From positions 1,408,001 through 1,472,000 of the forward strand of contig CAWKDC010000001.1 of assembly GCA_963848305.1 (NCBI GenBank): a DNA stretch of 64,000 nucleotides, written 5' to 3'. The notes under the pieces were generated by a model. It saw nothing but the letters and a program-made list of their open reading frames with translations, was not told the DNA's origin and did not search any database. This DNA is from an uncultured Gammaproteobacteria bacterium (GTDB lineage: Bacteria > Pseudomonadota > Gammaproteobacteria > JABCZS01). The position numbers and the translations under genes were made by a program. Positions 9,312-19,667 of this stretch are shown piece by piece (position 1 is the first letter of the stretch; each line of letters starts with the position of its first letter).

Positions 9312-11414
9312 ATGAACAGTGCGGAAGAATTACAGGTCATATTTGATATTACCCAAGAAACTATTGGGGTAGTCAGGGTTGATCCCCTTCCATACGATCT
9401 TAGGGTGCTGCAGCATTTGAAAACCATTGTGCCGCGCGGATTTGACATTAATCACACTGATAAAAATGATTATTGCGCATTGGCATATGCTGCAGAATAT
9501 AATTTCATTGAAAGCGTTAAATATTTACTGTCATTCGATCATATTAAAACCAATCTACAAGTCAACGAATCAGAAGATGATTTGGGTGGAATACCATTGC
9601 ACATGGCGGCCTTTCGGGGCCACCTAGAGATCATACGGTTATTGGTGGCAAAATCACCCGATGACATTGATGTACCGGAATACTGTGGCTACACACCCCT
9701 CCATGAAACCGTGTTGAGCGGGCATTATGGAGCTTTCAAATTATTATTGCGCTTAGGCGCGGATGATGGAGCAGAAACAGGGCGTGATGTGTCAGCGATT
9801 GATGTGCCTAAAGGCATGAATACATTACAATTGATTGCGCATCGTGCCAGCGAAGATCCAAATAACCGCGTGTTCTGCGACATGTGGGCATTTTTGGTGC
9901 GTCAAAAATTACGCAAAAATGAGAGTATTATCGGTAATGCTTTGCCGGATGAAGATGACAGTGATGATGATTTTGCTGATCCAATGGCATATGAGTCTAC
10001 AAGCGCTCTCATCGAGCGATCAGGTCGCGATGATTTTAAAGAAGCTTATGAAAGAGAAAAAAAACGAAAAAAAGGCATAGAAGATCACGGTGAAGTATTC
10101 ACGGATTCTGATTCAGAATCGGATGCAGGTTATGATACAGATGACATAAAGGATGCTTCACCCGCACTGGCACTGGAACAACATTTTGCCGTTGACGCAC
10201 CAGACAAACAGTTAGTGCTTCATGCCAGGGGCAATCATTTTTATAAAAATCATGAAACCCTTGCGTCGAGAAGAAAGTACGTCAGATATTCGTCAGCAAA
10301 TGTATTAACAGCGTGGGGCATGTACAGTGCAGACGCTCATGCACGTGCTGAGGTAAGTTTGGCATTGCCAGATCACAATAACACCACCAGAGATATTCAG
10401 CTGGAACAAGCTTCGCAACAAACCAATGCGGTGCTGGCTGGTTTTCATGCGCAAAAAGAAGTTGCGCCGATTTTGCAGCGTGACAGCGCTGAGAGCATGG
10501 CTCGAAAATCATTTGAATCTCGTTTGATTGAATTGGTGCAGCGTTATGTCAATTCATATACAGCGTTGACGGAAGATATCGCCAATGCTCAAAACAAAAC
10601 GGAACGGGATTTTAGAAATGATCGTACCAAAGCAAAGCAACGTACCTTGGTGCAACTGAGGAAAAATCCTTTTGTGTCGACCTCTGAAGACATTGGTGTT
10701 GGTTTAGAATATGCATTCGCCCTCTTAAATTACGATAAAAAAGAGACGCATCGCCCCGTGCCGACACTCGATTTCACATTAACGCCAGAATATCAGCTGG
10801 ATGGGGATGTTAAGCATCCTTACTTGGGGGTAATATTCATCACGTTGCATACTGAACATGCATTGCAGGGTCATAGCCTTAACATTGCGGAATTGTTCCG
10901 CGACAACAAAATTGACCCGATGAAAGGACCCGGTACGCATGAAACGAGTGGTTATGTGCGCGCATTAGAGCATGTATTTTTCGGCGGCATTTCCAGTGAT
11001 CATGTCTGTTTGGCAAAAGTGGTACGTGTGCCGAATTTATATCATCCCTACCGATCATTTGTGATGACAAAATATGGCTTGACTGCTAACGAATATATCA
11101 AATATAAAAAGGATTTGGCTGAATCTGGCAAAATTGATCCCATAAATAAAAAAATGAAAAATGAGAAGGATTTTTATCGAACCCAAGAGCAACTCATTCA
11201 GCATGTGATCAGGTTTGAGCGAACCAAGCTTATCCGCGCGATACAGGCTTGGGCAAGAGAGAAGGGTGTCACCGTGGGTTCATTGGACGATAGGGGTCAA
11301 TTTGTGGCCAACATCGATATTGATATCCCAGCTAAAATTCGGCCGATGTCAATGCCAGGGTCGCCAACAGGCGGATTTAGGAGACAAACTATTTTATATG
11401 TTATTGATTTTTAG
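9312..11414 (+). CDS. Ankyrin-repeat protein with putative C-terminal R-S-E ADP-ribosyltransferase domain (effector/toxin-like)
   Basis: Ank motifs GGIPLHMAAFRGHLEIIRLLV and GYTPLHETVLSGHYGAFKLLL; acidic linker; KKRKK; then HARG, PFVSTS, LEHVFFGGI. Confidence 0.7.
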   Translation: MNSAEELQVIFDITQETIGVVRVDPLPYDLRVLQHLKTIVPRGFDINHTDKNDYCALAYAAEYNFIESVKYLLSFDHIKTNLQVNESEDDLGGIPLHMAAFRGHLEIIRLLVAKSPDDIDVPEYCGYTPLHETVLSGHYGAFKLLLRLGADDGAETGRDVSAIDVPKGMNTLQLIAHRASEDPNNRVFCDMWAFLVRQKLRKNESIIGNALPDEDDSDDDFADPMAYESTSALIERSGRDDFKEAYEREKKRKKGIEDHGEVFTDSDSESDAGYDTDDIKDASPALALEQHFAVDAPDKQLVLHARGNHFYKNHETLASRRKYVRYSSANVLTAWGMYSADAHARAEVSLALPDHNNTTRDIQLEQASQQTNAVLAGFHAQKEVAPILQRDSAESMARKSFESRLIELVQRYVNSYTALTEDIANAQNKTERDFRNDRTKAKQRTLVQLRKNPFVSTSEDIGVGLEYAFALLNYDKKETHRPVPTLDFTLTPEYQLDGDVKHPYLGVIFITLHTEHALQGHSLNIAELFRDNKIDPMKGPGTHETSGYVRALEHVFFGGISSDHVCLAKVVRVPNLYHPYRSFVMTKYGLTANEYIKYKKDLAESGKIDPINKKMKNEKDFYRTQEQLIQHVIRFERTKLIRAIQAWAREKGVTVGSLDDRGQFVANIDIDIPAKIRPMSMPGSPTGGFRRQTILYVIDF

Positions 11415-11476
11415 GGCTTTAAAAGTTTGCGCATGGTGTTGAAACGGCATATAATCAAGGTGTCACAGGAGCAAGT

Positions 11477-13660
11477 ATGAAAAACATTACAAGAGATAAC
11501 ATCACAGCAGTCATGAATGAATGCCTCAAACAGTTGGTATTACAGAAATATGCGCCCATGGGCATCAACATTGATTTATCTAGCGTTCACAGGGAGTTTT
11601 TAGAAAAATCTCAACGTGTTTTTGAACGCGTGGAAGCATTGATGGCGGTCAACGACCTGCGCAGCGATGCGCATTATGTGGAGGCTTTTGTGATGGCCTG
11701 TGAAGAAGTGTTTAAGGAAGATATTAAAGGAGAATCAAATGAATCATTAAAGTCACGCATTACTACCAGCTTAAGCACACAATGGGAAGCAGCCTTTAAG
11801 CAAAAAGTAGTGGTAAATTTTAATGCTTATCAAGCATTATTGCAAAAAAAGAGAGAAGCACCGCAGCCTTCAGGGCTGAAAGCGACTGTTGCTCAAGACA
11901 AATCGGCAGCACAGAAAAGAAAGCATTTCAAGAAAATCACGAGACAAGATATCATCGATGTTGTGGAAGCGTGCATCCAGACAATAATCAATCCATCGCC
12001 CGCAGGTTTAACTGTTGGTGACATTGAAGGGTCTGAGTCGGCGATGGTCATACATGCGGATGTCGTTTCCCCTAACGAGATTAAAAATACCTCAGACCGT
12101 ATTTTCGCCGCCATGCAATTGCTCATGGATCATGCTGGTCGTCATGACGATGCTGCTTTTATGGCCAGTTTCTTATTGGCGGCTAAAATGGTTGTTTCGG
12201 ATAAATTAAGTGAGAGGAATCAAAATCCCAGTGAGATTTTATCTGGGGAGCTGAACAAGCAGCTGCAGATGGGTTGTGATATCTTTGACATCAATTCGCT
12301 TGAATGGGAATTTTATGATTTGTTATTAGAAAAGGGAATGGCGGAGGATTTAAAAAGTATCTCTGCCCAATTGAATGATGTGAGTATCGTCACATCAAAA
12401 TCAGCAGAAGCCATAAAAGTAGAAATACCTGTGACCGAGCTGGAACCTGCAGCCATGGAGTCAGCAGCAGGCGAATCTTCTTCAGCAATCGAGTTACCCG
12501 AAAATACCAAATTCGCGGACATTAGGTTGGATCAACTTGATGAATTGCTTAAAAAATATTTAGAACAATTGGTTAGGGGGGCTGAGTGGCATGCCTATCT
12601 ACACCCTTCAACAGAATTAGCAGATGACGAATACGAAGAGCTTGATCCTGTGGCCGCATCTTCAACAAGATTACCCCATGACAATGGTAAAGTGCCTCCT
12701 CCTCCCGAAGGTTCTCAGACCATGACTGCATTGATTCAAGAAACCACGAGAAATATTGATGCACATATGGGTGTAATGATAAACAAGGCGATTGCTAGGC
12801 TGCCAGGAGTTACAGGTGATCTCAAGCTGACTCCACAAAAACTGTTGATCGGGGCCTATGTTATTGCATTGAAGGTGCAGTTGGGTGCCGAGGGTGAACT
12901 TCGAGGGGTGGCATTGGCTCCTGAGCTTGCGGGATTTTTGAATATGAATGGATTGCAAGATGTGTCTAAGAAACAGATTGAAACAATCGAAGTAAATTTT
13001 TTGGAATTAATTGAGTATGATGCCTCTTATGGTCAGGCACAAACATCTTTTGCGTCGGCAACAGAATCGACAGGCAGTGCAGAGCCAAGCGTTTCTCAAG
13101 ATCCATTGCTCGCGGCTGCAGAGACTGAAAAGGAATCCATTTTGTTGGAAAAATATGCAGAATTGAAAAAAGCAGATATCGAAGAAATATCCGCGCCAGA
13201 AAAAATTGCTGAGATTAAAAAACTCTTAGAACTCATCGGCAATGCTTGCGAACAATATTTAGCTTCTATCAAAAAAGAATACCGTCTTTCATTCTTGAAA
13301 GTGAATGACCCAGTAAAAGTCAAATACGAGTATTTTTTGGATATCTTGAATATCGTGCGCAACAACACAGATAATGAAGTCCAAAAAATGGGTAAACTCG
13401 GCGCTAAATTCCAGAGCGCAGCACATGCCACCGTCATGAAATCATTATCGCAAGAGCGTGGCAGCATCTTTGGGGCTGCGTTGAGGGATATTGTGTCATG
13501 GTTCACCTTGTATTTTAGAAAATCGAAATTGGGTGAAGCGTTTGTAAATAAATTGAATACGTTGAGTCAAGTTAAAACATCAGGTACAGATGCTGAAGTG
13601 CTGGCGCGCAGCGCGGAAGCGTTGGTGAAAACGTCACCTAAGTTAAAACCAGGAAGATAA
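11477..13660 (+). CDS. Hypothetical helical protein with three internal ~130-170-aa repeats (effector-like)
   Basis: 727-aa ORF with AGGAG RBS; repeats begin KNITRDNI, KKITRQDI, ADIRLDQL. Confidence 0.75.
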   Translation: MKNITRDNITAVMNECLKQLVLQKYAPMGINIDLSSVHREFLEKSQRVFERVEALMAVNDLRSDAHYVEAFVMACEEVFKEDIKGESNESLKSRITTSLSTQWEAAFKQKVVVNFNAYQALLQKKREAPQPSGLKATVAQDKSAAQKRKHFKKITRQDIIDVVEACIQTIINPSPAGLTVGDIEGSESAMVIHADVVSPNEIKNTSDRIFAAMQLLMDHAGRHDDAAFMASFLLAAKMVVSDKLSERNQNPSEILSGELNKQLQMGCDIFDINSLEWEFYDLLLEKGMAEDLKSISAQLNDVSIVTSKSAEAIKVEIPVTELEPAAMESAAGESSSAIELPENTKFADIRLDQLDELLKKYLEQLVRGAEWHAYLHPSTELADDEYEELDPVAASSTRLPHDNGKVPPPPEGSQTMTALIQETTRNIDAHMGVMINKAIARLPGVTGDLKLTPQKLLIGAYVIALKVQLGAEGELRGVALAPELAGFLNMNGLQDVSKKQIETIEVNFLELIEYDASYGQAQTSFASATESTGSAEPSVSQDPLLAAAETEKESILLEKYAELKKADIEEISAPEKIAEIKKLLELIGNACEQYLASIKKEYRLSFLKVNDPVKVKYEYFLDILNIVRNNTDNEVQKMGKLGAKFQSAAHATVMKSLSQERGSIFGAALRDIVSWFTLYFRKSKLGEAFVNKLNTLSQVKTSGTDAEVLARSAEALVKTSPKLKPGR

Positions 13661-13664
13661 TTTT

Positions 13665-15395
13665 TTACCGTGCCGCAGGTCTCACCAAATGTGAGCGCAT
13701 CGCATTCAGTAACATTTCGTTTTCTGGGGCTATCTCCAATCCGCGGTTCCACACATTCACTGCTTCACTTTGTTGGCCTTGTGCCCACAATGCTTCACCT
13801 AAACGAGCGGCATAATCGGGATTATTCGTTGCTTGATAAGATTTAGCCAAATAGGGGATGGACGCTTTCACATCACCGCTTCTGAATTTAATCCAACCCG
13901 TGTTGTTCAACACCTCTGGATTGTTCGGAGAAATGGCAGATGCTTGATCATTGTAATGTTTTGCTTCATCCAGTTTACCTTCTGCAATCAACGTTTCGGT
14001 CATCATGTTGATTGCTTGAATGTGCTTGGGGTTGTTGCTGATCACAAATTTCAGATCTGTCACAGCGCTTTGTAACTCATTCAATTCAATCGCAACCAAG
14101 CTTCTTACGTAATGCAATTCGACATTCGCGTCAGTACTGCTATTGATGATTTGCGTCAGTGCTGCATAGGCAGCGCTGTATTGATTGCTGTCCAATAATA
14201 TTTGAGCGCGAACCAGCGCAATGCGTTCTGATTCATCAGGAAATTCTTTCGCCAAGCGATCGATATCATTCAAGGCTGTCTTTGCTTGTCCCAATTTTGT
14301 TTGGCACAAAGCCATTTGCACGCGCGCATTGACAACATAGGCGCCATCTTTCACACGACTGTAAAATTGAACAGCTTGATCATACTTGCCTGTTTCCTGC
14401 GCGATAAATCCACTTAAGAAAAAACCTTCATTCGAATTGGGGTTTTTTGCTTGATAAGCACGCAAATAAGTTTGTGCTTGGGTGAAATCATCCATTTGAA
14501 TGTATTGTTTGACGAGTTCAATGCGAGCATCATCACCATAAGTTTTATCGTTGCTGATCGATTTTAACATCGTCAAGCCTTTGTTTTGCTCACCCATTTC
14601 AAAGGCCATTTTAGCCGCCAACCATTTCAGTGCCGCGTTGTTCGGATCCTTGCCCAATACACTGTTTAAATAAGCGAACGCTTCTTTTTTCTGTCCTTTT
14701 TCATAGAGTAATTGAATGCGCAAGGCATTTGCGCGAATCCAATTTGGTTTGATCTCAAGAATGCTATCGAGGGTTTTATTGGCAGCATTTTGATCGCCCA
14801 TGTCATATTGTAAATCGGCAACAACAAACAAGGCGCGTGTATCTCTTTTCTCATTGCCTAGTGTCTGAAGAACGGCAATATAACGCTGTTGCAAAGTCGG
14901 ATCATCTAACGTGGAGTAGACTTGCATTAAATATTGCATGGTTTCTGTGTCTGAGGGCAGCAATAAGGCGGACAAATAGGGTTTCGCACATTCCAGGCAT
15001 ACTGTTCTCAGTGTGAGGCTGGCGGCAATGGCTTGCGTTTGCAAGTCCGCGGGCACTTTGTGTGCCCATAATTGGCTGATTTCTGCAGCTGCTTGATAAT
15101 TCTCTAGTTCTAGGGCAACGCTCGTGGCGCGTGCGGCGAATACGGGGTCTGTCATGTGCTGGGCGAGCCAGACATAATGGGGGAGTGCTTCATGGTACAG
15201 CCCACGATCAATCGCCACTTCTCCCGCAATAAAATGGTACGTTGGGCTTTGTTCGGCCTCTTGGTCAATGTAGCCCACGTCTTCCATGCCATTGTTTGGC
15301 TCCTGTTTGGAGCAGCTGCTGAGGATGGCCAAGGGAAGGAAGCTTAACATGGCAACCACTGTCATGCCTGTTTTAGTGAAGTAACGCATAGACAC
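13665..15395 (-). CDS. TPR-repeat lipoprotein (hemA/lolB-associated, PA4667/LbcA-like)
   Basis: Lipobox-like LSSC, many TPR helices, C-terminal GWIKFRSG...AARLGEALWAQG; divergent from hemA. Confidence 0.85.
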   Translation of the reverse strand: MSMRYFTKTGMTVVAMLSFLPLAILSSCSKQEPNNGMEDVGYIDQEAEQSPTYHFIAGEVAIDRGLYHEALPHYVWLAQHMTDPVFAARATSVALELENYQAAAEISQLWAHKVPADLQTQAIAASLTLRTVCLECAKPYLSALLLPSDTETMQYLMQVYSTLDDPTLQQRYIAVLQTLGNEKRDTRALFVVADLQYDMGDQNAANKTLDSILEIKPNWIRANALRIQLLYEKGQKKEAFAYLNSVLGKDPNNAALKWLAAKMAFEMGEQNKGLTMLKSISNDKTYGDDARIELVKQYIQMDDFTQAQTYLRAYQAKNPNSNEGFFLSGFIAQETGKYDQAVQFYSRVKDGAYVVNARVQMALCQTKLGQAKTALNDIDRLAKEFPDESERIALVRAQILLDSNQYSAAYAALTQIINSSTDANVELHYVRSLVAIELNELQSAVTDLKFVISNNPKHIQAINMMTETLIAEGKLDEAKHYNDQASAISPNNPEVLNNTGWIKFRSGDVKASIPYLAKSYQATNNPDYAARLGEALWAQGQQSEAVNVWNRGLEIAPENEMLLNAMRSHLVRPAAR

Positions 15396-15529
15396 TCGCT
15401 ATTGTTCGTGATACTACCCTTATCTATCTGTCGATCGCGTGTGATCTTGAGCAAAATCAGGTAAAATAGTCCTTGGCGCGGCTTGGTTCCAGGCTGAATC
15501 TTATAACTACATGAATTTTAAGTGAATTT

Positions 15530-16756
15530 ATGGCCCTTTTTGTCTATGGCATACATCACAGCCGGGTACCGGTTGGTTTGAGAGAGCAGGTAGCACTGTC
15601 ACCTGCCCGGTTGCCTGAGGCATTGGCCGTTTTAAAAGACTGCGTAGAAGAAGTGGTGATCATTTCAACCTGTAATCGACTAGAAGTAATCTGTGAGGCT
15701 GACAAAGATTCGGGTGTTTTTGCCCGGTTTCTGAGCTGGATGGGCTTATCTTTCATAGAATGGGCACCATTAATAGATCAATATGAAGGAGAGGCCGCCG
15801 TTCAACATGTCATGGCTGTCGCTGCAGGGCTAGACTCCATGGTATTAGGTGAACCGCAAATCCTGGGGCAAATGAAGCAGGCCTATGCCGTGGCCCAAGA
15901 AGCGCAGGCTACAGGTAAAATATTGTCCAGGCTTTTTCAAAAAACTTTTTTAGCGGCAAAAACGGTTCGCACAGAAACAGGTATTGGCACACAATCCGTT
16001 TCCGTCGCGTCTGCCGGCATTAAATTGGCCAAACATATTTTTTCAGATTTATCGCAAAAAGCCGTGTTATTGATTGGCACGGGTGACATGATCGTCCTCG
16101 CGGCAAAACACCTTCACAGCGAAGGGGTGACACGCATGATCTTTGCGAATCGTACATTGTCGAAAGCACAATCATTGTCAGCAACCTATGGTGCTGAAGC
16201 AATTGCATTGGGGCAAGTGCGTGAGCGTTTGCATGATGTTGACATGGTAGTGAGTGCAACAGCGAGCGATGTGCCTATTATCGGGAAAGGTTGTGTCGAA
16301 CGTGTGATGAAATCACGTCGTCACAAACCCATGGTGATGATCGATTTGGCGGTGCCGCGAGACATTGAACCTGAAATCAAACAATTAGACGATGTATATT
16401 TATACGACATGGATGCGCTGAAAGATGTGGTCAAAGTGGGCTTGGCTGCGCGTGAACAAGCGGCTGTGTCCGCAGCAGCCATCATTGAAAAACAAATGGC
16501 TTCGTATCAACAATGGTACGCACTACAGCCCCGCATTGCGACAGTGCGAGCGTACCGTCAGCACCATGAGCAACTACGTGATGCGGCATTATCAAAAGCA
16601 ATGAAAGCGATATCACAAGGGCAGCCCGTCTCGCATATTTTAGAACAATTGGCCCATACACTCACCAATCAATTATTGCATTTACCCACATTGCATTTGA
16701 AAAATACCTCGACAGACAATTTACTACTGACACCCAAGGAAAAAGATTCCGCATGA
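15530..16756 (+). CDS. hemA: Glutamyl-tRNA reductase
   Basis: [33 protein letters not shown]. Confidence 0.97.
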   Translation: MALFVYGIHHSRVPVGLREQVALSPARLPEALAVLKDCVEEVVIISTCNRLEVICEADKDSGVFARFLSWMGLSFIEWAPLIDQYEGEAAVQHVMAVAAGLDSMVLGEPQILGQMKQAYAVAQEAQATGKILSRLFQKTFLAAKTVRTETGIGTQSVSVASAGIKLAKHIFSDLSQKAVLLIGTGDMIVLAAKHLHSEGVTRMIFANRTLSKAQSLSATYGAEAIALGQVRERLHDVDMVVSATASDVPIIGKGCVERVMKSRRHKPMVMIDLAVPRDIEPEIKQLDDVYLYDMDALKDVVKVGLAAREQAAVSAAAIIEKQMASYQQWYALQPRIATVRAYRQHHEQLRDAALSKAMKAISQGQPVSHILEQLAHTLTNQLLHLPTLHLKNTSTDNLLLTPKEKDSA

Positions 16757-17841
16757 ACGTATCCATTTCAAGAAAACTCGAGCGTGTTGTTGAGCGTTTT
16801 GAAGAGTTGCAAGGTTTATTGTCTGATGCAAGCGTGATTGCGAAAGCAGATCAGTTTCGTGGTTATTCGAAAGAATACGCGCAATTAGAGCCTGTTGCCC
16901 ATGTGTATCGTGAATGGGTGCAAGCTACAGCCGATCATATCACCGCGCAAGCGATGATGAAAGAAGGTGATCCTGAATTGAAGGCGATGGCGCAAGAAGA
17001 AATGTTGGCGTTGAACGATAAAATCGCGGATTTAGAAAAACAATTGCAAACATTGATGTTGCCACAAGATCCCGATGACAGCCGAAATGTATTTATTGAA
17101 ATTCGCGCGGGCGCAGGCGGCGATGAAGCATCGATCTTTGCTGGCAATTTATTTCGCATGTATACGCGTTATGCCGCGCTTCAAGGTTGGCAAACAGAAA
17201 TTGTGTCTGAAAATGCGTCTGAGCGGGGCGGGTTTAAAGAAATTATTTTGAAAATCATGGGCGATAATGTCTATGCAAAATTGAAATTCGAATCTGGCGC
17301 GCATCGCGTGCAACGTGTCCCAGAAACAGAAGCACAGGGACGTATTCATACATCCACGTGCACCGTGGCAGTGTTACCAGAAGTGGAAGAAATTGGTGCA
17401 ATTGATATCAACCCGGCTGATTTGAAAATTGATACGTACCGTGCTTCTGGCGCGGGTGGTCAGCATGTGAACAAAACGGATTCCGCCATTCGCATCACAC
17501 ACATTCCCACTGGCACTGTGGTTGAATGTCAAGATGAACGTTCACAGCATAAGAATCGTGCCAAAGCCATGGCCCTATTGCAAGCACGATTGTTGCGTGC
17601 AGAACGCGAGAAGCAAGAGAAACAACAAGCCGATACTCGTCGTAATTTGGTCGGTACAGGTGATCGATCAGAACGTATTCGCACCTACAATTTCCCACAA
17701 GGTCGATTAACAGATCACCGCATTAACCTCACGATCTATCAGCTCGAAGATGTGATGGAAGGCCATTTAGATCCCGTGATCAGCGCGCTTGTTCAAGAGC
17801 ATCAAGCTGATTTGTTGGCTGCGTTGCAAGATGAACGTTAA
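16753..17841 (+). CDS. prfA: Peptide chain release factor 1
   Basis: [21 protein letters not shown] (PxT), [17 protein letters not shown]. Confidence 0.98.
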   Translation: MNVSISRKLERVVERFEELQGLLSDASVIAKADQFRGYSKEYAQLEPVAHVYREWVQATADHITAQAMMKEGDPELKAMAQEEMLALNDKIADLEKQLQTLMLPQDPDDSRNVFIEIRAGAGGDEASIFAGNLFRMYTRYAALQGWQTEIVSENASERGGFKEIILKIMGDNVYAKLKFESGAHRVQRVPETEAQGRIHTSTCTVAVLPEVEEIGAIDINPADLKIDTYRASGAGGQHVNKTDSAIRITHIPTGTVVECQDERSQHKNRAKAMALLQARLLRAEREKQEKQQADTRRNLVGTGDRSERIRTYNFPQGRLTDHRINLTIYQLEDVMEGHLDPVISALVQEHQADLLAALQDER

Positions 17842-18646
17842 AGACGCTTTGAAACAAGCATCATCACTTGTTCCCATCGATGCACATGTGTTACTGGCGC
17901 ATGTTTTACGGACTACGCGTGCTGCGTTATATGCTTTCGACGATCGTATGATAACTTCTGAAGAAAAAACTAAATGGACAGCGCTACTGTCAAAACGTAT
18001 GGAAGGCTTTCCCGTCGCGTATTTAATCGGCGAAAAAGAATGCATGGGATTGATGTTTGAAGTCAATCCAGATGTTCTGATTCCTCGTCCCGATACGGAA
18101 TTATTGATTGAAACCGCTTTATCTTTATTGAAACCGGGTGCAACCGTGTTGGATATTGGCACAGGATCTGGCGTGATTGCGATTTCGATCGCATCTCATG
18201 CTGCTGATTGTTCAGTGCTTGGCTCAGACATTTCAACAGCCGCATTGTCTGTTGCAGCACGCAATATCTCAAGACATCATTTGAAAAATGTGTCTCTTCA
18301 ACAGTCTGATTTGTTTTCAAGCATCACAGCTTCATTCGATATGATTGTGTCGAATCCTCCCTATATTGCAGCGAACGACCCACATTTAAACAGTGATATT
18401 CGATTTGAACCTGCGTTGGCGTTAGTGGCTGGTGAAGACGGACTAGATGTGTTTCGACAATTGATAACACAAGCGCCTGCGCATTTAAACGCAGGTGGTT
18501 GGATTTGTTTGGAACACGGATATAAACAAGCGGCAGCGGTTCAATTGTTACTGAAAGAACAAGGTTTTCAAGCGATATCCACGTTGATAGATTTAGCTGG
18601 TAATGACAGGGTGACAGTTGCTCATTGGTTTGGATCAAGGTGTTAA
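17831..18646 (+). CDS. prmC: Release factor glutamine methyltransferase
   Basis: [29 protein letters not shown]; follows prfA. Confidence 0.96.
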   Translation: MNVKDALKQASSLVPIDAHVLLAHVLRTTRAALYAFDDRMITSEEKTKWTALLSKRMEGFPVAYLIGEKECMGLMFEVNPDVLIPRPDTELLIETALSLLKPGATVLDIGTGSGVIAISIASHAADCSVLGSDISTAALSVAARNISRHHLKNVSLQQSDLFSSITASFDMIVSNPPYIAANDPHLNSDIRFEPALALVAGEDGLDVFRQLITQAPAHLNAGGWICLEHGYKQAAAVQLLLKEQGFQAISTLIDLAGNDRVTVAHWFGSRC

Positions 18647-19039
18647 TATTTGTACGCCTGGAATTTTTTTGAAGTCTGCTGCATTGCTGGTCAGGACGAC
18701 ATAGCCGTGGGTAATTGCTGTGGCTGAGATTTGCAGATCATGAATTCCAGGGCCTGATTTGCGTGATTTAAGAAAATGTGCATAAAGCTCACTATATGTT
18801 CTTGCCACATGCTCGTCAAAAGCCAACGAGGGAATTTCATTAAGGATATGTTGGACAAAAGCGGATCGGATCATTCGCTCATCAACTGTCTTAGCCATGT
18901 GGACACCAGTCAGCAACTCAGCGACTGTGATCGTCGAAATAAAAACTTCTTTATGGTTTTTCAGAGTAGAGATTTTTGCAAGATCTATTCTGCCTTGTTC
19001 TGCAGCAATGAGAACATTCGTATCGAGTATTATTCCCAT
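18635..19039 (-). CDS. vapC: PIN-domain toxin (VapC)
   Basis: IILDTNVLI, ITVAELLTG, HDLQISATA, VLTSNAADF. Confidence 0.9.
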   Translation of the reverse strand: MGIILDTNVLIAAEQGRIDLAKISTLKNHKEVFISTITVAELLTGVHMAKTVDERMIRSAFVQHILNEIPSLAFDEHVARTYSELYAHFLKSRKSGPGIHDLQISATAITHGYVVLTSNAADFKKIPGVQILTP

Positions 19040-19305
19040 GGATTATCCAATTTGTTTTTGCTGTTCTCCCTGATTGTTTTGATATCTTCGCGCATGCTTG
19101 CTGCTGTGTTCCCCAGCTTTGGTGCACTCGCAATGAGATCGGCCAGCTCACTGAGTGGAAAACCGGTTGGCTGTGGGCGAGTCAACTCGGCTACAATATT
19201 TTTGCCTTTTGTAATTTGAAGGGTTTCGCCAGTGTAGCGGACTTTGTCCAGGTAACCGGAGACATTTCTGGCAAATTTTGTTGCAGAGACAGTTTCATGA
19301 TGCAT
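19030..19305 (-). CDS. Phd/YefM-family antitoxin
   Basis: VSATKFARNVSGYLDKVRYTGETLQITKGKNIVAEL; overlaps the vapC start. Confidence 0.85.
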   Translation of the reverse strand: MHHETVSATKFARNVSGYLDKVRYTGETLQITKGKNIVAELTRPQPTGFPLSELADLIASAPKLGNTAASMREDIKTIRENSKNKLDNPWE

Positions 19306-19521
19306 AGCTAAAATCCTCTCAATTGTTCTGAGTATATCATATTCATAAAATATGTAAAGTATGTATTATACAGAATTTATTTACTATCAAGTGGTTTTTC
19401 TGAAATAAATCAGAAAGCTATGTTATCCTTCCCATAAAGGCTTTGTCATGATTCATGAGGTTAAATTTGCCATGCTCAATTGCTTTGATTATTACGCCAT
19501 TTTGAGACGTTTCGGCACTCG

Positions 19522-19667
19522 ATTTGAAAAATGTGTCTCTTCAACAGTCTGATTTGTTTTCAATTATCACAGCCCCTCCATTGTTACTGAAAGAACAAGG
19601 TTTTCAAGCGATATCCACGTTGATAGATTTAGCTGGTAATGACAGGGTGACGGTGGCCGTTCGGTGA
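19522..19667 (+). repeat. Direct duplication of prmC 3' segments with internal deletion
   Basis: 19522-19573 matches 18279-18330 (2 mismatches); 19580-19651 is identical to 18544-18615; continues in frame as DRVTVAVR-stop. Confidence 0.9.

Noticed and set aside
19449-19552. Short ORF (MIHEVKFAML...) running into the prmC duplicate
   Set aside because: About 34 codons, no clear RBS or motif; probably a junction by-product.
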